From Paramoeba atlantica (Eukaryota > Protista > Discosea), in NCBI GenBank assembly GCA_977017575.1, contig CDRNVI010000036.1, positions 1 to 64,000 on the forward strand: a stretch of DNA of 64,000 nucleotides. The letters are read 5' to 3'. Shown in pieces: positions 51,324-62,448 of this stretch. The notes under the pieces are model-generated. The model was not told where the DNA came from. It did not search any database and saw only the letters and a list, made by a program, of their open reading frames with translations. Numbering within the stretch: the stretch's first letter is position 1; every line of letters begins with the position of its first letter. A program made the position numbers and the translations under genes.

Positions 51324-51620
51324 TTAGCGGACACCCGCCTTCCACCACTCTTTTACCGCGGAGGATAGTATCGCGGCGTTGCCTTTTTGAACAGCAACAT
51401 TAATGGCTTGTAGTGCATGACGCAGGAAACCTTTCCTGTCATACGTACACCTTGCGATCTCCTTTAGGAGGAGTACGGTGCGCTTCCCTGCTACACCATA
51501 AACGGTAAATGCAACGGGGTAGAAATGCATACCCCTTTTCGTGGCCATTTCACTACGCTTTTACTTTCAAGCTTTCCACCTTTTCTAGAGTGTTGCCAGG
51601 CGCTACCCATTCAGCCTTAA
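51324..51620 (-). pseudogene. Relic 3' end (RLE domain) of a CRE-like non-LTR retrotransposon
   Basis: FYPVAFTVYGVAG...LQAINVAVQKGNAAIL; stops and a frameshift upstream. Confidence 0.7.
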
Positions 51621-52069
51621 CATAAAAAGGGGCGAGGGGGTTCCATTTTTGACAATGATAATGGATGTAATCCCCAATTTGGCATTGATATAATGTAGTA
51701 TAGAAAAGAATATTAAGAAACTTGGATTCTAAATAAACGAACTTTTATATTCGAAAACACACCAGTTTCCACTTCTTGTAGATAAACATTCTTATAAATA
51801 AAATACGGCTGTTTCTTAATATAGGCCTTCCATTCAATATACTTACGAATGGGTTTTAAATACATGTTCAAAAATTTATCACTTGTAAATATGGGAATAA
51901 TAGTCCTACAAATATAATTAGAATATAAATTCAAGTATGTTTATTCGAGTTCTATTCACACGTAAATAGCCATATAGAGAAATGGGGGATTACTAACACA
52001 GGTTCACATTCTATCATGGCCAGCAAAATGATCTGACTTCGTGTAAGATTATTGATGGCATATTTACTA

Positions 52070-52362
52070 CCAGCATTCCGGGTTATTGTGCCCCCCCCGG
52101 CACAATAACTAGCCATCATAAAAGGGTTTACTATCATGGACAAAAACACCTCTGAAAAGTGAAAGCTATGTGGTGATTTTTTTTGACTTAAATAGTGCTT
52201 TGACTACCGCAATATCGTACGTGCCTGGTCGGCAGCAGTGGCGAAAACTTCTTGGTCACCTCTTTTCTGTCGGGGGGGGGCACAATAATAGCGGTCGTTC
52301 CGACTTATTGTGCCCCCGCCGGTACAATAATTGGCTATAGGCACATTAACCCGGAACAGGGT
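52070..52362. mobile_element. Putative MITE (~290 bp)
   Basis: TIR core TTCCGGGTTA(T/A)TGTGCC at both ends; internal TTATTGTGCC..GGCACAATAA palindromic repeats. Confidence 0.6.
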
Positions 52363-52575
52363 TTAATAGCATATTTTTCAAATAGTGGGGGCATGTTCTG
52401 ATCATTCGGGGAAATACAGCCGACGTCCAGAGCTCCAGAAAAAGGCATTGTGATGCTGATCAATCAAACGGCTGAGAATCCACCGATTTTTGATACAGTA
52501 CTATTTTTATGAGAGTTTGTTGCTTTTTGGAAAGCCGAAGAAGTAGCACCAAAAACAAACACAAGGTCATTCGCC

Positions 52576-53307
52576 TTAACTAATATCCTGATATTTATCC
52601 CGAGACAAAAATTGGACGCTTGTCCCCAGATATTCTAATAGTGATTGCAAACACTGCTCTAGACCTGAGTGCGTGCCGACGGGTAGAGTACCATAAAAAG
52701 AGGCGTACTTCTTTAGAATATGGGGCAGAAGGGAGATTAAGCGAACAAGATACTCAACGGGAGCAAGTGTCGCCACTTTCTCTACCTCAACGCTACATTT
52801 GTATTCTTGTTCTTCGGAACTCATGTCCTTGTCTACGCTTCTTTTGTGTTTCTCCCCTTTTTGTGATTTACTTTGACCGTGCCGTGCTGTATGTAAATGG
52901 GTAGTGTCAATGAAACTTGCAAAATATCTTTGTTCAGCCGACGTGCTTGCCAAAGAATTAGGAAGCGTAAAGAACAAAAGTTCCTTCAAGAAACATATAA
53001 CACTGCGAATTGTGCAAGCTTCAGCTTGTCGTATCATTTGTTCATACCACTCTTCCAGAACATCAGCAACAGATACGTATGGAGCCCTTTGCATCTGCAC
53101 GTTAAAATGCCTATCTTTTCCTTCACACTTAGTCGAATTCTGAGTAAATGGTATGCAGCTTTCCTCTACTGCCGCATTATATGCGCCACGTAATACTTTT
53201 TTGAGCTTCAATGAAAATGTTAAGTGCATGCTGTTCGACTCTGTTTTTTTGACAGGAACTTGAAATTGGTCCAATAAGCTCATGCTCCAAGAAGGTAGAG
53301 AATACAA
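52576..53307 (-). CDS. MRG-domain protein (Eaf3/MRG15-like)
   Basis: LKLKKVL, SVADVLEEW, AEQRYF, PVEYLVRLISLLPHIL, LQSLLEYL. Confidence 0.55.
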   Translation of the reverse strand: MYSLPSWSMSLLDQFQVPVKKTESNSMHLTFSLKLKKVLRGAYNAAVEESCIPFTQNSTKCEGKDRHFNVQMQRAPYVSVADVLEEWYEQMIRQAEACTIRSVICFLKELLFFTLPNSLASTSAEQRYFASFIDTTHLHTARHGQSKSQKGEKHKRSVDKDMSSEEQEYKCSVEVEKVATLAPVEYLVRLISLLPHILKKYASFYGTLPVGTHSGLEQCLQSLLEYLGTSVQFLSRDKYQDIS

Positions 53308-53809
53308 TGAATTGATAATGCTTAAGAGTCAATGTTCAATCTTTCTTATGTAGCCTTCTTAGGTAGTCAATCGTCTTATGTAGAGTAGTACATACAGTGT
53401 GTAGAACATGCATTATTACCACCTACGTAAACACGCTAGATACCGGTTCCAAGCCCGGCGTCGCTTTGTTGATAATTAATAGCATTGAAGCGTGAGGAAG
53501 ATACATGTAGAACTACATGATGAAAATACTGCATGTACTAGATAATATTATCTTGAAAGATGATATTACCTAGGAAGACAATTATATTATCTTGCGCTGA
53601 CTATTTATGATTTCGATATGTCTGATCATACAATGTAAGTGTGTAAGCACCAATTAAATGCGTGCGGTCACGACGTCTCCATTATAGCGAGGATTGAGTC
53701 AAAAAAGATCGTGTTAGAACTTTACTGACCATTCCTGCATCTCACATTTTATGCGGCTTGCGCAAGTACAGATTAGTATGCAGTGATAGATAAACCGTTT
53801 ACGCAAATG

Positions 53810-54277
53810 TCAGACTAGTAAAGCAAAAATCAAAAGCAAAGTAAGTATTAATATGCCAATAATGATACAAACTAGCTTCGTTTTCGTCGATTGCCGACTA
53901 AGAAACTTGCTCACTCGAAGATTCAGAGATTGTACCTTGGACATTAATTTATCTAAAGAGCCTTCAAGATCTTTTCTTGCTCCTTCATCCTCTTCTAAAG
54001 CGAAGCGAATATCCTCGGCTGCCTCACGTACTCGCTGTACACCCCCGCCAAGAGATTCAATCTGTGCTTCTTGCTGGACCAGCATTTCCTGCGTCGAAGC
54101 GGGAGGATGAACTCGATCGATCTCGTTCTGACTCATGTGTTCATTCCATCTTACGCTAGATATAGGAAGCCCATTAGGTTGATTAGGCAAAGAATCTTCT
54201 GAAGTCATATAAGTTCTGTAAATGTGTAGTTCGCTCCTGCTATCAAATCCCTTTGTAGTAAAATCCTTAGGTGTCAA
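53810..54277 (-). CDS. Qc-SNARE (Bet1/syntaxin-6/8-like)
   Basis: QQEAQIESLGGGVQRVREAAEDIRFALEE heptads plus a C-terminal TM. Confidence 0.8.
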   Translation of the reverse strand: MTPKDFTTKGFDSRSELHIYRTYMTSEDSLPNQPNGLPISSVRWNEHMSQNEIDRVHPPASTQEMLVQQEAQIESLGGGVQRVREAAEDIRFALEEDEGARKDLEGSLDKLMSKVQSLNLRVSKFLSRQSTKTKLVCIIIGILILTLLLIFALLV

Positions 54278-54435
54278 AGCTTAAAATCTTTCATGGAAGA
54301 AATACGCAATGTAACTACAAAGTAGCTATATCATGAAGGACAGCTTAAACCTTTTGTCGTCTTAAGTGAATTGGTTTATAGAAAGCATGTCTATAAGAAG
54401 TGGGGAGTAGCTTCATAATTCTATATCAGTCTCGG

Positions 54436-55617
54436 TCAGGCTTGCTTCCCAATTTGGGCTTTTTTGCGCCAGTGATGCATTCCATAATGACACAAAGATT
54501 CAACCACAGACAATGCGACATAAACCCCGGCAGCAATTGAACTAAGATACAGCAGAAAGTGGAATATGCTACGATACGGCGAGCGTTGCGTAACGCGAAG
54601 AAGTAGTGGACTAAATTCATAGCTTAGGTAAACTCCAGGAATGTGAGGTGCCTGCTCCGTTATTTTTTTTACATGCCTCGCTACACTGTACTGTGTGTGA
54701 TTCCACACCGTACCGTTGCGGTTGCATAACATCGTGCGTACGGCTTGCAGAATATAGTGATGCACATACGAATGGCCTGACTCAGGGGTAACAAATCCCG
54801 AGATGGTGGATGCCACTGTATCTGGCGTATCCCCAAAACTCAGGTGGTGAAACGAGTGACGAACATCCACATCGGGTCGAGCCTCTCTTTCAGTTTGATT
54901 GTTTGTATGAAGTTGAGCGTCCAGTACGGTGATACCCGCTACCGATCGCATCGGTCCCGCGTGAATGCGAAGGCTCCCTTTCGGGAGTGTCACGGGTATG
55001 CAAGCCGAGACGCGACAACCGGAGCCCTCGTGGGTGTACGGTACCTCGGCCACACACTGTGAGTAGTGTTCCAAAGGAAGTGGCATCCACCCTTTCGTGA
55101 GATATGCGCGGATTATGTCCTCACAACTCTCACAGCACTGTAAATCGTTCGACTCTGCACCGTAGCATGAACCACACGTATGAGGTTTAGGCTTTTGAAC
55201 GGGACGTGTCGATTGCGCATTGAAGGGCGTGAGCAGCGGGACACGCGAGACGTTGTCGTTAATATTGCGGACAACCCCCGAGGCGTCGTGAAGCTCAAAG
55301 TAGAGTTCGTCACAGTGTGCTGCTGGAAAGGTCATGTTGAAGTTGAGTGGGATTTGGTGTTCGACCTCGAGGGAGTTACTAACGTGTGAGATGGTCTCGG
55401 TTGAGAGGTAGTAGTCGGTCTCGATCCACAGAACAAGGCCCATGAAAAGACATAAAAGAAGGGTAAAGGAGGCACCGCGAAAAGTTTTCGTGCGTGCCTC
55501 GTCGTATCGCGAGTGATAGCCTTCGTAGAGTGAGGACAATGACATCGGTGCGTAGGAGTGTCGACTTTTCTTTCGCAAATTAACTCGGTGGCATCTTAGG
55601 ATGAGGCTTTGGTCCAA
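54436..55617 (-). CDS. ERGIC3/Erv46-family COPII vesicle protein
   Basis: TKTFRGASFT, NFNMTFP..C, CGSCYGAE..CCESCEDI..AY..KGW, PGVYLSYEFSP. Confidence 0.88.
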   Translation of the reverse strand: MDQSLILRCHRVNLRKKSRHSYAPMSLSSLYEGYHSRYDEARTKTFRGASFTLLLCLFMGLVLWIETDYYLSTETISHVSNSLEVEHQIPLNFNMTFPAAHCDELYFELHDASGVVRNINDNVSRVPLLTPFNAQSTRPVQKPKPHTCGSCYGAESNDLQCCESCEDIIRAYLTKGWMPLPLEHYSQCVAEVPYTHEGSGCRVSACIPVTLPKGSLRIHAGPMRSVAGITVLDAQLHTNNQTEREARPDVDVRHSFHHLSFGDTPDTVASTISGFVTPESGHSYVHHYILQAVRTMLCNRNGTVWNHTQYSVARHVKKITEQAPHIPGVYLSYEFSPLLLRVTQRSPYRSIFHFLLYLSSIAAGVYVALSVVESLCHYGMHHWRKKAQIGKQA

Positions 55618-56049
55618 ATAGTTTCATTCGCTTTCAACAGGAAAGCAGATAAAATCTGAAAAGTGCATAAAATGAAAAAGATATGGCAGATATAGAAGAG
55701 GCCACATTTACGGACTTTCTATTTCGCGTTGTTTAGTTTAAGGAGCACAATCAGACGCAAACAAATCAATTTCTCTCAATTTTTTAAGATGTGTTTTTCA
55801 TAGTAGGTTTTACTTGAATTTTGAATTGTAAGAATAAGAAATGGTGGGTAACAAAAGGTACGATAAAAAGAGTTTTATACGAAGTTAATGGGATCACTGC
55901 ATATTCACACAAGCTAGTTCTGCGCGTAATCAGCAACATAGAATAAATGAAATACCTGGTATATCGGTCTTTGTACACGTACGATCGGTATTCACGAACG
56001 TACGAGAATAATAGTAGTCATTTTTACATTATTTGTACACATAAGGCTT

Positions 56050-56475
56050 TCAATCTCCCACCACAGCGCCTTGATTCTTCAAAACCCACCCATTTCGCAT
56101 CATCTTCGTCATGTAGACCGCGTAACCTAGACCCCCGCCTATAATCCCTGTCATGGGTAACCACGAGTACATTACCCAATACGACTTTCGAATGTTATAA
56201 TGTCCAGCGCCAAACCATGAGCCAGGATGGATCGTCTCCACATGCCTGCTCGGCCGTTTGGACTGGAATGGTAGGAACGGGTCGGTATAGTTGTACGCCT
56301 TCCAGCCCAGACGCTCCTTTCGGTAATTCATCTCCTTGTGGGATGTGGCACACATGCGGAAGCCGGTGAGAGGTCCCCCTTTGGGTGTGAGTGACGCGCG
56401 AGCGGTGTGTGGCCTTCCGGAATCCTCCACAACAGCAACAGTTTCACCATAGAGATAAGCGGAAGGAGAGATCAT
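56050..56475 (-). CDS. Small single-pass membrane protein, possibly a mitochondrial complex subunit
   Basis: 141-aa ORF, aromatic-rich, one C-terminal TM. Confidence 0.5.
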   Translation of the reverse strand: MISPSAYLYGETVAVVEDSGRPHTARASLTPKGGPLTGFRMCATSHKEMNYRKERLGWKAYNYTDPFLPFQSKRPSRHVETIHPGSWFGAGHYNIRKSYWVMYSWLPMTGIIGGGLGYAVYMTKMMRNGWVLKNQGAVVGD

Positions 56476-56942
56476 AAATATCGATGATGATCAAGATAGG
56501 TTGCGGGTTCGTTTATCGTCGAGTTCGCTGTATCGATCCGAAGAATAGAATAGAATTAAAAAAATCTTAGCTAAAAAAAATGGAAAATGACATGATCAAG
56601 TTTGAAATATGGTTCACAAAACGGGCTCATAAAATTAGAAATGTATGTTCGAGTATCTTTCGGGACCTGGAATGTAGATTCAGAAAGAATCAAAAATAAG
56701 GCAAAAATTTGCACGCCATTCTACAAACAGGTGTGTAGACAAGTTCGCTTAACCACTAAATTCATTTCATTGATTTTTAGGACACCACAGAGGCCAATGA
56801 AGATTAAAAAAAAACAAGAGTAGGTGAACATCACGGCCTCAAGGCAACCATTTACCCTACACGATTTACAACAGGGAATAAAGTATCCAGAGGACGCGTC
56901 CTTCCATAATATCATTGATTGAGTGCAGAGTGCCTTCCGCTT

Positions 56943-58976
56943 TCATTCATTTTTTGGCTGAGTGACTCCAATTTTCTTCCAAAAAGCTGCACTGTTGGGA
57001 TCCCGACCTAAATAGCGTCGTAACATAATGCTGGGGTGTGAGGAACCTCCGACTCCGATGATGGCTTTTACATAGTTTTTACCTTCAACAGGACTAAGAA
57101 GACCTTTTCGTTCGTGCAGAGAATGAAAGACATCAGCGGCAAACACTTCTGCATACAAATATCCATAGTACGCAGCGCCGTAACCCTCAAGATGACCAAA
57201 GCTGCAAGTGAAGTGAGAATTCGGGAGTGTTTCAATGCCGGGTAGGAGTTCTTCGGTGAGTTTTTTCATCTCCTTCTCGGGTTGCATCATGCTGACGTCT
57301 TGTGCGGCAAACTGGGCATTGTAGAGACGTAACGAAAGAGTAGCAAAGATAATTTGTCGTAACGTATCCCTCCCAGCGAAAAAATTCCGAGCATCAATTT
57401 TAGCCTGAATCAGTGCATCTGGCAAGGGCTCTTTCGTCCTGTAATGACTTGAGATTTCTCGCAAAATGGACGATTCCCACATCCAGTATTCCAAAATTTG
57501 TGACGGCATTTCGACGAAATCAGTTTTTACGTTATACCCTGCCATCGTACACATCTCGCTACGCCCAAGTAACATGTGGAACGCATGCCCCATCTCGTGA
57601 AAGAAGGTTACAACATCATTGTGCGTGAACAGTGCTGGAGTATCGCCCACAGCTACAGGAAAGTTGGCTAACACCACCGCTACAGCGGGGGTGAAAGACT
57701 CACCATCGTTCACACTTGGGACAATCCCACAACAGCATGCGTGGGAGTATTTCCCCTCCCGGGGAAATAAGTCCAACACGATGTGACCAACGAGATTTCC
57801 TGAGGCACGAGAGGTGACGCGAAGCGCAAAAACTTGGGGATCCCAGAACTCGACGTCGTGAACTTTTTCCAAGTGCAAATCTAGAAATGAGCTGAGCACG
57901 TGGAACAACCCGTCCACCGTGACCGACAGGGGGAAGTACTCCTTCAGTAGATTTTCGTCCACCTGCAAGTGCTTCGTCTTGTATTGATGAATCACGTACA
58001 TCAGATCCCACGATTTTATGCGACCCTCCGAGGAGAGGGTAACGCCGCCCGGGAGATTGTCTTTAAGAATTTCATATTCTTTGCTCCATTTTTTGCGGAG
58101 AGGTGGGATTAACTCTTGCAGGAAATCCTGTGCGGCAGTCGGAGACCCCACCATTTTGTCTTCCAAATCAAGGGAGGCGTAACTTTCGTAGCCAACAAGT
58201 TGTGCCAGGACGTGTCTGCAGTGAATCAGCTCTGCGAGGATTTTCTCGTTCGCTGGGAAGGCTCTGCTGTCAAAGGCCTCTGCAAGACTTTGCCGCGTAG
58301 ATTCCACTTGACAGTTTCGCATGATGGAAAAATACGTTGGATAATCGGTACCTACAAGGTAAGAATCTCTGTTCTCGGAATCCATCTTCAACGTTTGTAT
58401 CGTGTCTAAAGGTACACCTCGGAGCTCATCTACGGATACAACAATTTTTCGGGTATCTTCAGCAATCTGTTTCTGGAAATCGGTTCGCAGTTGTGATATT
58501 TTGCGTTGAACCTCGAGCACCTTTTCAAACTGTTCCTCGGGCAATTCCAAGCCCAACCGACGATAGACAGATGCTGTCTCCTGTACGTAGTACGAGCGAC
58601 ATGCGTTCGTACTATATTCTGCGACGCATGACTTCGCGCACTCATTAAATTTTTGATATAGCTTTCGATTACATTGAAACTGCTCGATTCCGAAGTTCTC
58701 AAGTTCAAGGTAGTAGCTTCGTGCCGACTCGCGAATCTCGGCATTCGGTGAGGTTTCTTTAATCACTCCAAGAATATTTTGTGTCACCACAAAAGAAGCC
58801 AGGGAACGATCTTGTTGCGATATTACGGAATCCCATGTTGTGGAGTTCGTGCCCACAATGGAACGAATACATTGCAGTGCCTCGGTTTGAGCCGTCGTCG
58901 CAATCTTTTTAATTCCTTCCACTGTGTTCGGGAACAACTTCGCGACCTGAGTTAAATTTCGTACCTCGGGAAACAT
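56943..58976 (-). CDS. Thimet oligopeptidase (M3A metallopeptidase)
   Basis: LDLFPREGKYSHA, FFHEMGHAFH, DFVEMPSQILEYW, YYGYLYAEV. Confidence 0.95.
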   Translation of the reverse strand: MFPEVRNLTQVAKLFPNTVEGIKKIATTAQTEALQCIRSIVGTNSTTWDSVISQQDRSLASFVVTQNILGVIKETSPNAEIRESARSYYLELENFGIEQFQCNRKLYQKFNECAKSCVAEYSTNACRSYYVQETASVYRRLGLELPEEQFEKVLEVQRKISQLRTDFQKQIAEDTRKIVVSVDELRGVPLDTIQTLKMDSENRDSYLVGTDYPTYFSIMRNCQVESTRQSLAEAFDSRAFPANEKILAELIHCRHVLAQLVGYESYASLDLEDKMVGSPTAAQDFLQELIPPLRKKWSKEYEILKDNLPGGVTLSSEGRIKSWDLMYVIHQYKTKHLQVDENLLKEYFPLSVTVDGLFHVLSSFLDLHLEKVHDVEFWDPQVFALRVTSRASGNLVGHIVLDLFPREGKYSHACCCGIVPSVNDGESFTPAVAVVLANFPVAVGDTPALFTHNDVVTFFHEMGHAFHMLLGRSEMCTMAGYNVKTDFVEMPSQILEYWMWESSILREISSHYRTKEPLPDALIQAKIDARNFFAGRDTLRQIIFATLSLRLYNAQFAAQDVSMMQPEKEMKKLTEELLPGIETLPNSHFTCSFGHLEGYGAAYYGYLYAEVFAADVFHSLHERKGLLSPVEGKNYVKAIIGVGGSSHPSIMLRRYLGRDPNSAAFWKKIGVTQPKNE

Positions 58977-59348
58977 GACACAAAATTTATGCTGTAAAAA
59001 ATATTATGATAGAGGTACTAGAGATATGAAACAGGGTTCGCGGAAACTTTAATAAGTACGAAAATGAAGAATTTAAGGTTTTTAATTGTAAAAGTGAGAC
59101 TCAGAATTATAATTTCATTAAATTTCTATAAACGATCCCTTTAATGATTTTTAGAGGTCTATAATTATTACTGAGAGGGGGAGTATCATGTTTAATAGAA
59201 AGATCGTAACATAGCCTTTTACCATCCACATCTAGCAGCGATATGTACTGGTAGGAGTAGTCGGAGCAGTAGGTGTACGAGTAGATTACAAGCGTCGGAG
59301 CATACGGATTGGCTACGACTCGACAAAATGAAGAAGCCAATAAAAGTG

Positions 59349-60218
59349 TTATGGAAGTTGCACCTCATACCTCACACTTGTCGGTAACCTCCCGTTGGGA
59401 ACGTAACCTGAAAAACGGTTTTGTCCCACGTCCACACTCACAAAATGTCCGTTCTTTAAAGCTGGGAGATCAAGAACAGGATTGAGGTCAACAATGCCAC
59501 AAAACCGGTTCCCCTGAATCAACAGCACTGACAAACTTTGCGGCAACCCCTCCAAGGCGACGTTACCTTCCAAATCGTTGCAGAACAACAGAAGGTGAGT
59601 GAGTCCCTCCGGAAAATGTGCGAAATCTACCCGCCCATAGAACTGATTATGCTGCAGGCATAACTGCCGCAACGAAGGGGGGAGTCTGTTTCCCCATTCC
59701 AACAGGCCGCTCAAAAGATTCCCATGGAGATCAAGCTCCTCCAGGGTCTCCGGGAGCTGGGTTAAGTCAACTCCCCCCTGAAATCGATTTCTGGAGAGCA
59801 CGAGACGTTTAATGCCATAGGGGAGATTCGCCAAGTTCAGTTCTCCCTCCACTGCGTTGTGTTGCACACGAAGATCACATAAGGATGTGGGAGGGGAATC
59901 CAGCGAGAGGGTTCCACGAAGAAGAGGATGAGAGGAAATTCCCGCCGCGGTGAGTTGGTTGGGGAGATACTCCCAGCTCAGGTTCCCTTGCAGCGGGAAG
60001 ACCAACGGGACCCATTTTATAAAGGTGACGTGCTCGTGGGAGTTACAGCTGAGTCCCTTCCACGTACACACGGAGATCTCGTGAGTTACGCCACACCAGT
60101 CTTTGTAGTCGCGATTCCAGCTTGGGTGTCGTGTATGGAGTCCCTCCACAAACTGCATCATGAGCTCTTTCTGAGGGATGAGGTCTTTCGTGGGCTTACC
60201 GCGACGAGAGACGTACAT
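59349..60218 (-). CDS. LRR protein (lineage-expanded family)
   Basis: HPSWN..CTWKGLSC cap plus LPxxLxxLxLxxNxFxG repeats. Confidence 0.9.
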   Translation of the reverse strand: MYVSRRGKPTKDLIPQKELMMQFVEGLHTRHPSWNRDYKDWCGVTHEISVCTWKGLSCNSHEHVTFIKWVPLVFPLQGNLSWEYLPNQLTAAGISSHPLLRGTLSLDSPPTSLCDLRVQHNAVEGELNLANLPYGIKRLVLSRNRFQGGVDLTQLPETLEELDLHGNLLSGLLEWGNRLPPSLRQLCLQHNQFYGRVDFAHFPEGLTHLLLFCNDLEGNVALEGLPQSLSVLLIQGNRFCGIVDLNPVLDLPALKNGHFVSVDVGQNRFSGYVPNGRLPTSVRYEVQLP

Positions 60219-60698
60219 GGTGGTTATTTAGACCAATGGAGTTTGCGACAAAGAGATATGAAAAAGTAGAAAATTATGACAAGAAATCAACGCTTGTCTA
60301 CTGTATCCCCTTTAAAAGTATGCCGATTTCGGAAAAATAATGAGGGGGACATTCTAAGGAAACCTAATAGTTTTTAAGAAGGAATGCTACGTAAAGCCCA
60401 TTATGGAAATGGTATACCTGAAAACCAATGGCTTCGTGACCGGTACATTACTTTCTTTATACGTTATGTACAAACGACAAGGTCAACTAAATCCCCTCCG
60501 AATACTGTAGCTAAGGATGTTTTAACTGCTTCAGCTGCACTACACCTGTGGTACCGTATATTGCAACTGTCCTATACTTGTATTATGGTTACCAAAATTT
60601 ACTTCCCGCGCGCTTTGTGAATTACTTGTTAGTTCACGTTTGCGTCAATTGTTAGCTATAATATTCACCGTGTCTAAATATTCAACACATGCCTTGTG

Positions 60699-61304
60699 TT
60701 ATTTCTTACGTTTACTAAGGGAAACCATGCCCTCACAAAGTTGAAGAAAATTGACACATTGCTTCAAAGCGAACAGTACAAAGATAGCCCCGAGCGCCCA
60801 ACTCGATACTATTTGAGATATCAAAGTTATTGTATCTTGACTGTAATATAACCACAAGTAAAAAGCCTCCTGTCCAACGCAAAGTGCACCCATTACTATA
60901 CGAGAAGTGTAGTAAATGCGCAACAGCGCTGAGGATGACTTTTTCACCGATTTGTGAGACGTTACTCGTTCACTAAATGAAACGTACATACGCGTGTAGT
61001 GGGACGTTAAGTCTAGTGTGGCTAGAGCTGTAAATGCCAAGGAGAAGGTCGGATGTATTTTGAGAAGCGCCATGACGAGAGCTAATGTGGCAGCGCGATC
61101 AGTGATCATATCTAGTACCGCACCGTACGTGCTAGACTGCGAGAAGTATCGTGCTGCCCACCCATCCACAGCGTCTAATAGAAATGAAAACGCATAAAGC
61201 GAAAGGAACAGTTCTTTCTCAATGTTTTCAGCGACAAAAGCCCACAGTAGCAGTGCAATACGCAAATATCCTATTAAATTAGGAACATAAAAGATGACAC
61301 CCAT
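60699..61304 (-). CDS. PIS1: Phosphatidylinositol synthase (CDP-alcohol phosphotransferase)
   Basis: YVPNLIGYLR, DAVDGWAAR..QSSTYGAVLDMITDR; ATG at 61304 is likelier than the upstream TTG. Confidence 0.93.
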   Translation of the reverse strand: MGVIFYVPNLIGYLRIALLLWAFVAENIEKELFLSLYAFSFLLDAVDGWAARYFSQSSTYGAVLDMITDRAATLALVMALLKIHPTFSLAFTALATLDLTSHYTRMYVSFSERVTSHKSVKKSSSALLRIYYTSRIVMGALCVGQEAFYLWLYYSQDTITLISQIVSSWALGAIFVLFALKQCVNFLQLCEGMVSLSKRKK

Positions 61305-61775
61305 GAAGTGGAATAAAAAATAAAATGCATTATCAGCCAATTAAATATGCTAAATCTGCTTACCATGGGAACGGAAATAAAATTAAGGGATTTTTTTTTT
61401 AAAATATATTTTTTTTTTTTATAAAAATAAGAAAACCTTTATCAGGGAAACAGTTTTCTGCCACTGTCTTTCTTTTCGAATTTATTTCGAATTTTCTTTA
61501 ATTATACTTACTGCATACTCCATGACTCCGGCTCAATAACTTTTGTGTTTCACGCCGGGTTTCTGAAATTGTTGAGCCTATCGATGCAGTCAAGTGGTGA
61601 CATTGAAATAGATATGCTCGAAGGGTACGAAAGCGACGTATATAAAGAAACCTGAAACAAATTACTGTCACCCCCCCCCCCTTTATACTTCCGCCGGTTT
61701 CGGTACTTTTGGAAGTATAAAGGTCTGATTATAGTCCCCTATTTAGCGTTTAGTAGAATTGGGCAAAATTAAGCA

Positions 61776-62448
61776 CTAAGTAGGGGAGCGGAAAGATCAA
61801 TGAAAAAGACGTGAAAAACAGATTAAAAATGAAAAAATGAGTGGAAAAACACGGAGCCGCTTTGCGGCGCCGTGTTCGTTTATGCCGAAACTACTCTCGA
61901 AAACTTTCGAAACGAACCAGCTGATGTTCTCCGTGTTTCGGGCTCTATGAAATCCTCCACACTCTTTCAAGAGTTCTAATCTTTCGTTTATTCTTGCAGA
62001 GCTTGTTAAGCAGCCTCTTGATAATTGCATCCTTGGCATTGATTTTTTCTCCAACGACTTGAATTGTTCGTCACTTGGATCTGAAATTAATTGTGGAACG
62101 GGTGCTTCCTTTTCAGGGGACAAAGAGTCAAGGCTGATATCGTCATCTGCTCCGCGCGATACATCGGAGTTAAGACCCTTTATTTCCCGTACCGCTTCTA
62201 AAAGCTTTGCGCCTAACCCAGGCGACAATGGCCCATTTCCTTGCGCTTCGGCACTATTTTTTCGGTGTTCTCTGTGGTAATCTGAGTATGCCTAAAAAGA
62301 AATAAACTAAAAACAAGTCTCGCTGCTCTTTCAAGGTTGGTCCCATTTTTCGTGAACGGAGGCTTCGCGGCGCCAATTTCTGCGAAGCCTTGAAATTAAA
62401 CACTAAATAGGGGGGGCAAGGTACTAAATAGTAAATAGGGGGGGACGG
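61776..62448. mobile_element. Putative TIR-bounded insertion (~670 bp) with a degenerate ORF, abutting the 3' end of an LRR gene
   Basis: Ends read CCGTCCCCCCCTATTTA..(TTAGTG) and CCGCTCCCCTACTTAGTG inward, resembling the 10006-10430 MITE TIRs. Confidence 0.4.

Noticed and set aside
51713-51934. AT-rich 73-aa ORF as a viral or foreign gene
   Set aside because: No recognisable motif; too short to support a call.
53430-53465. tRNA-like GGTTCCAAGCCC
   Set aside because: No cloverleaf or D-arm could be built.
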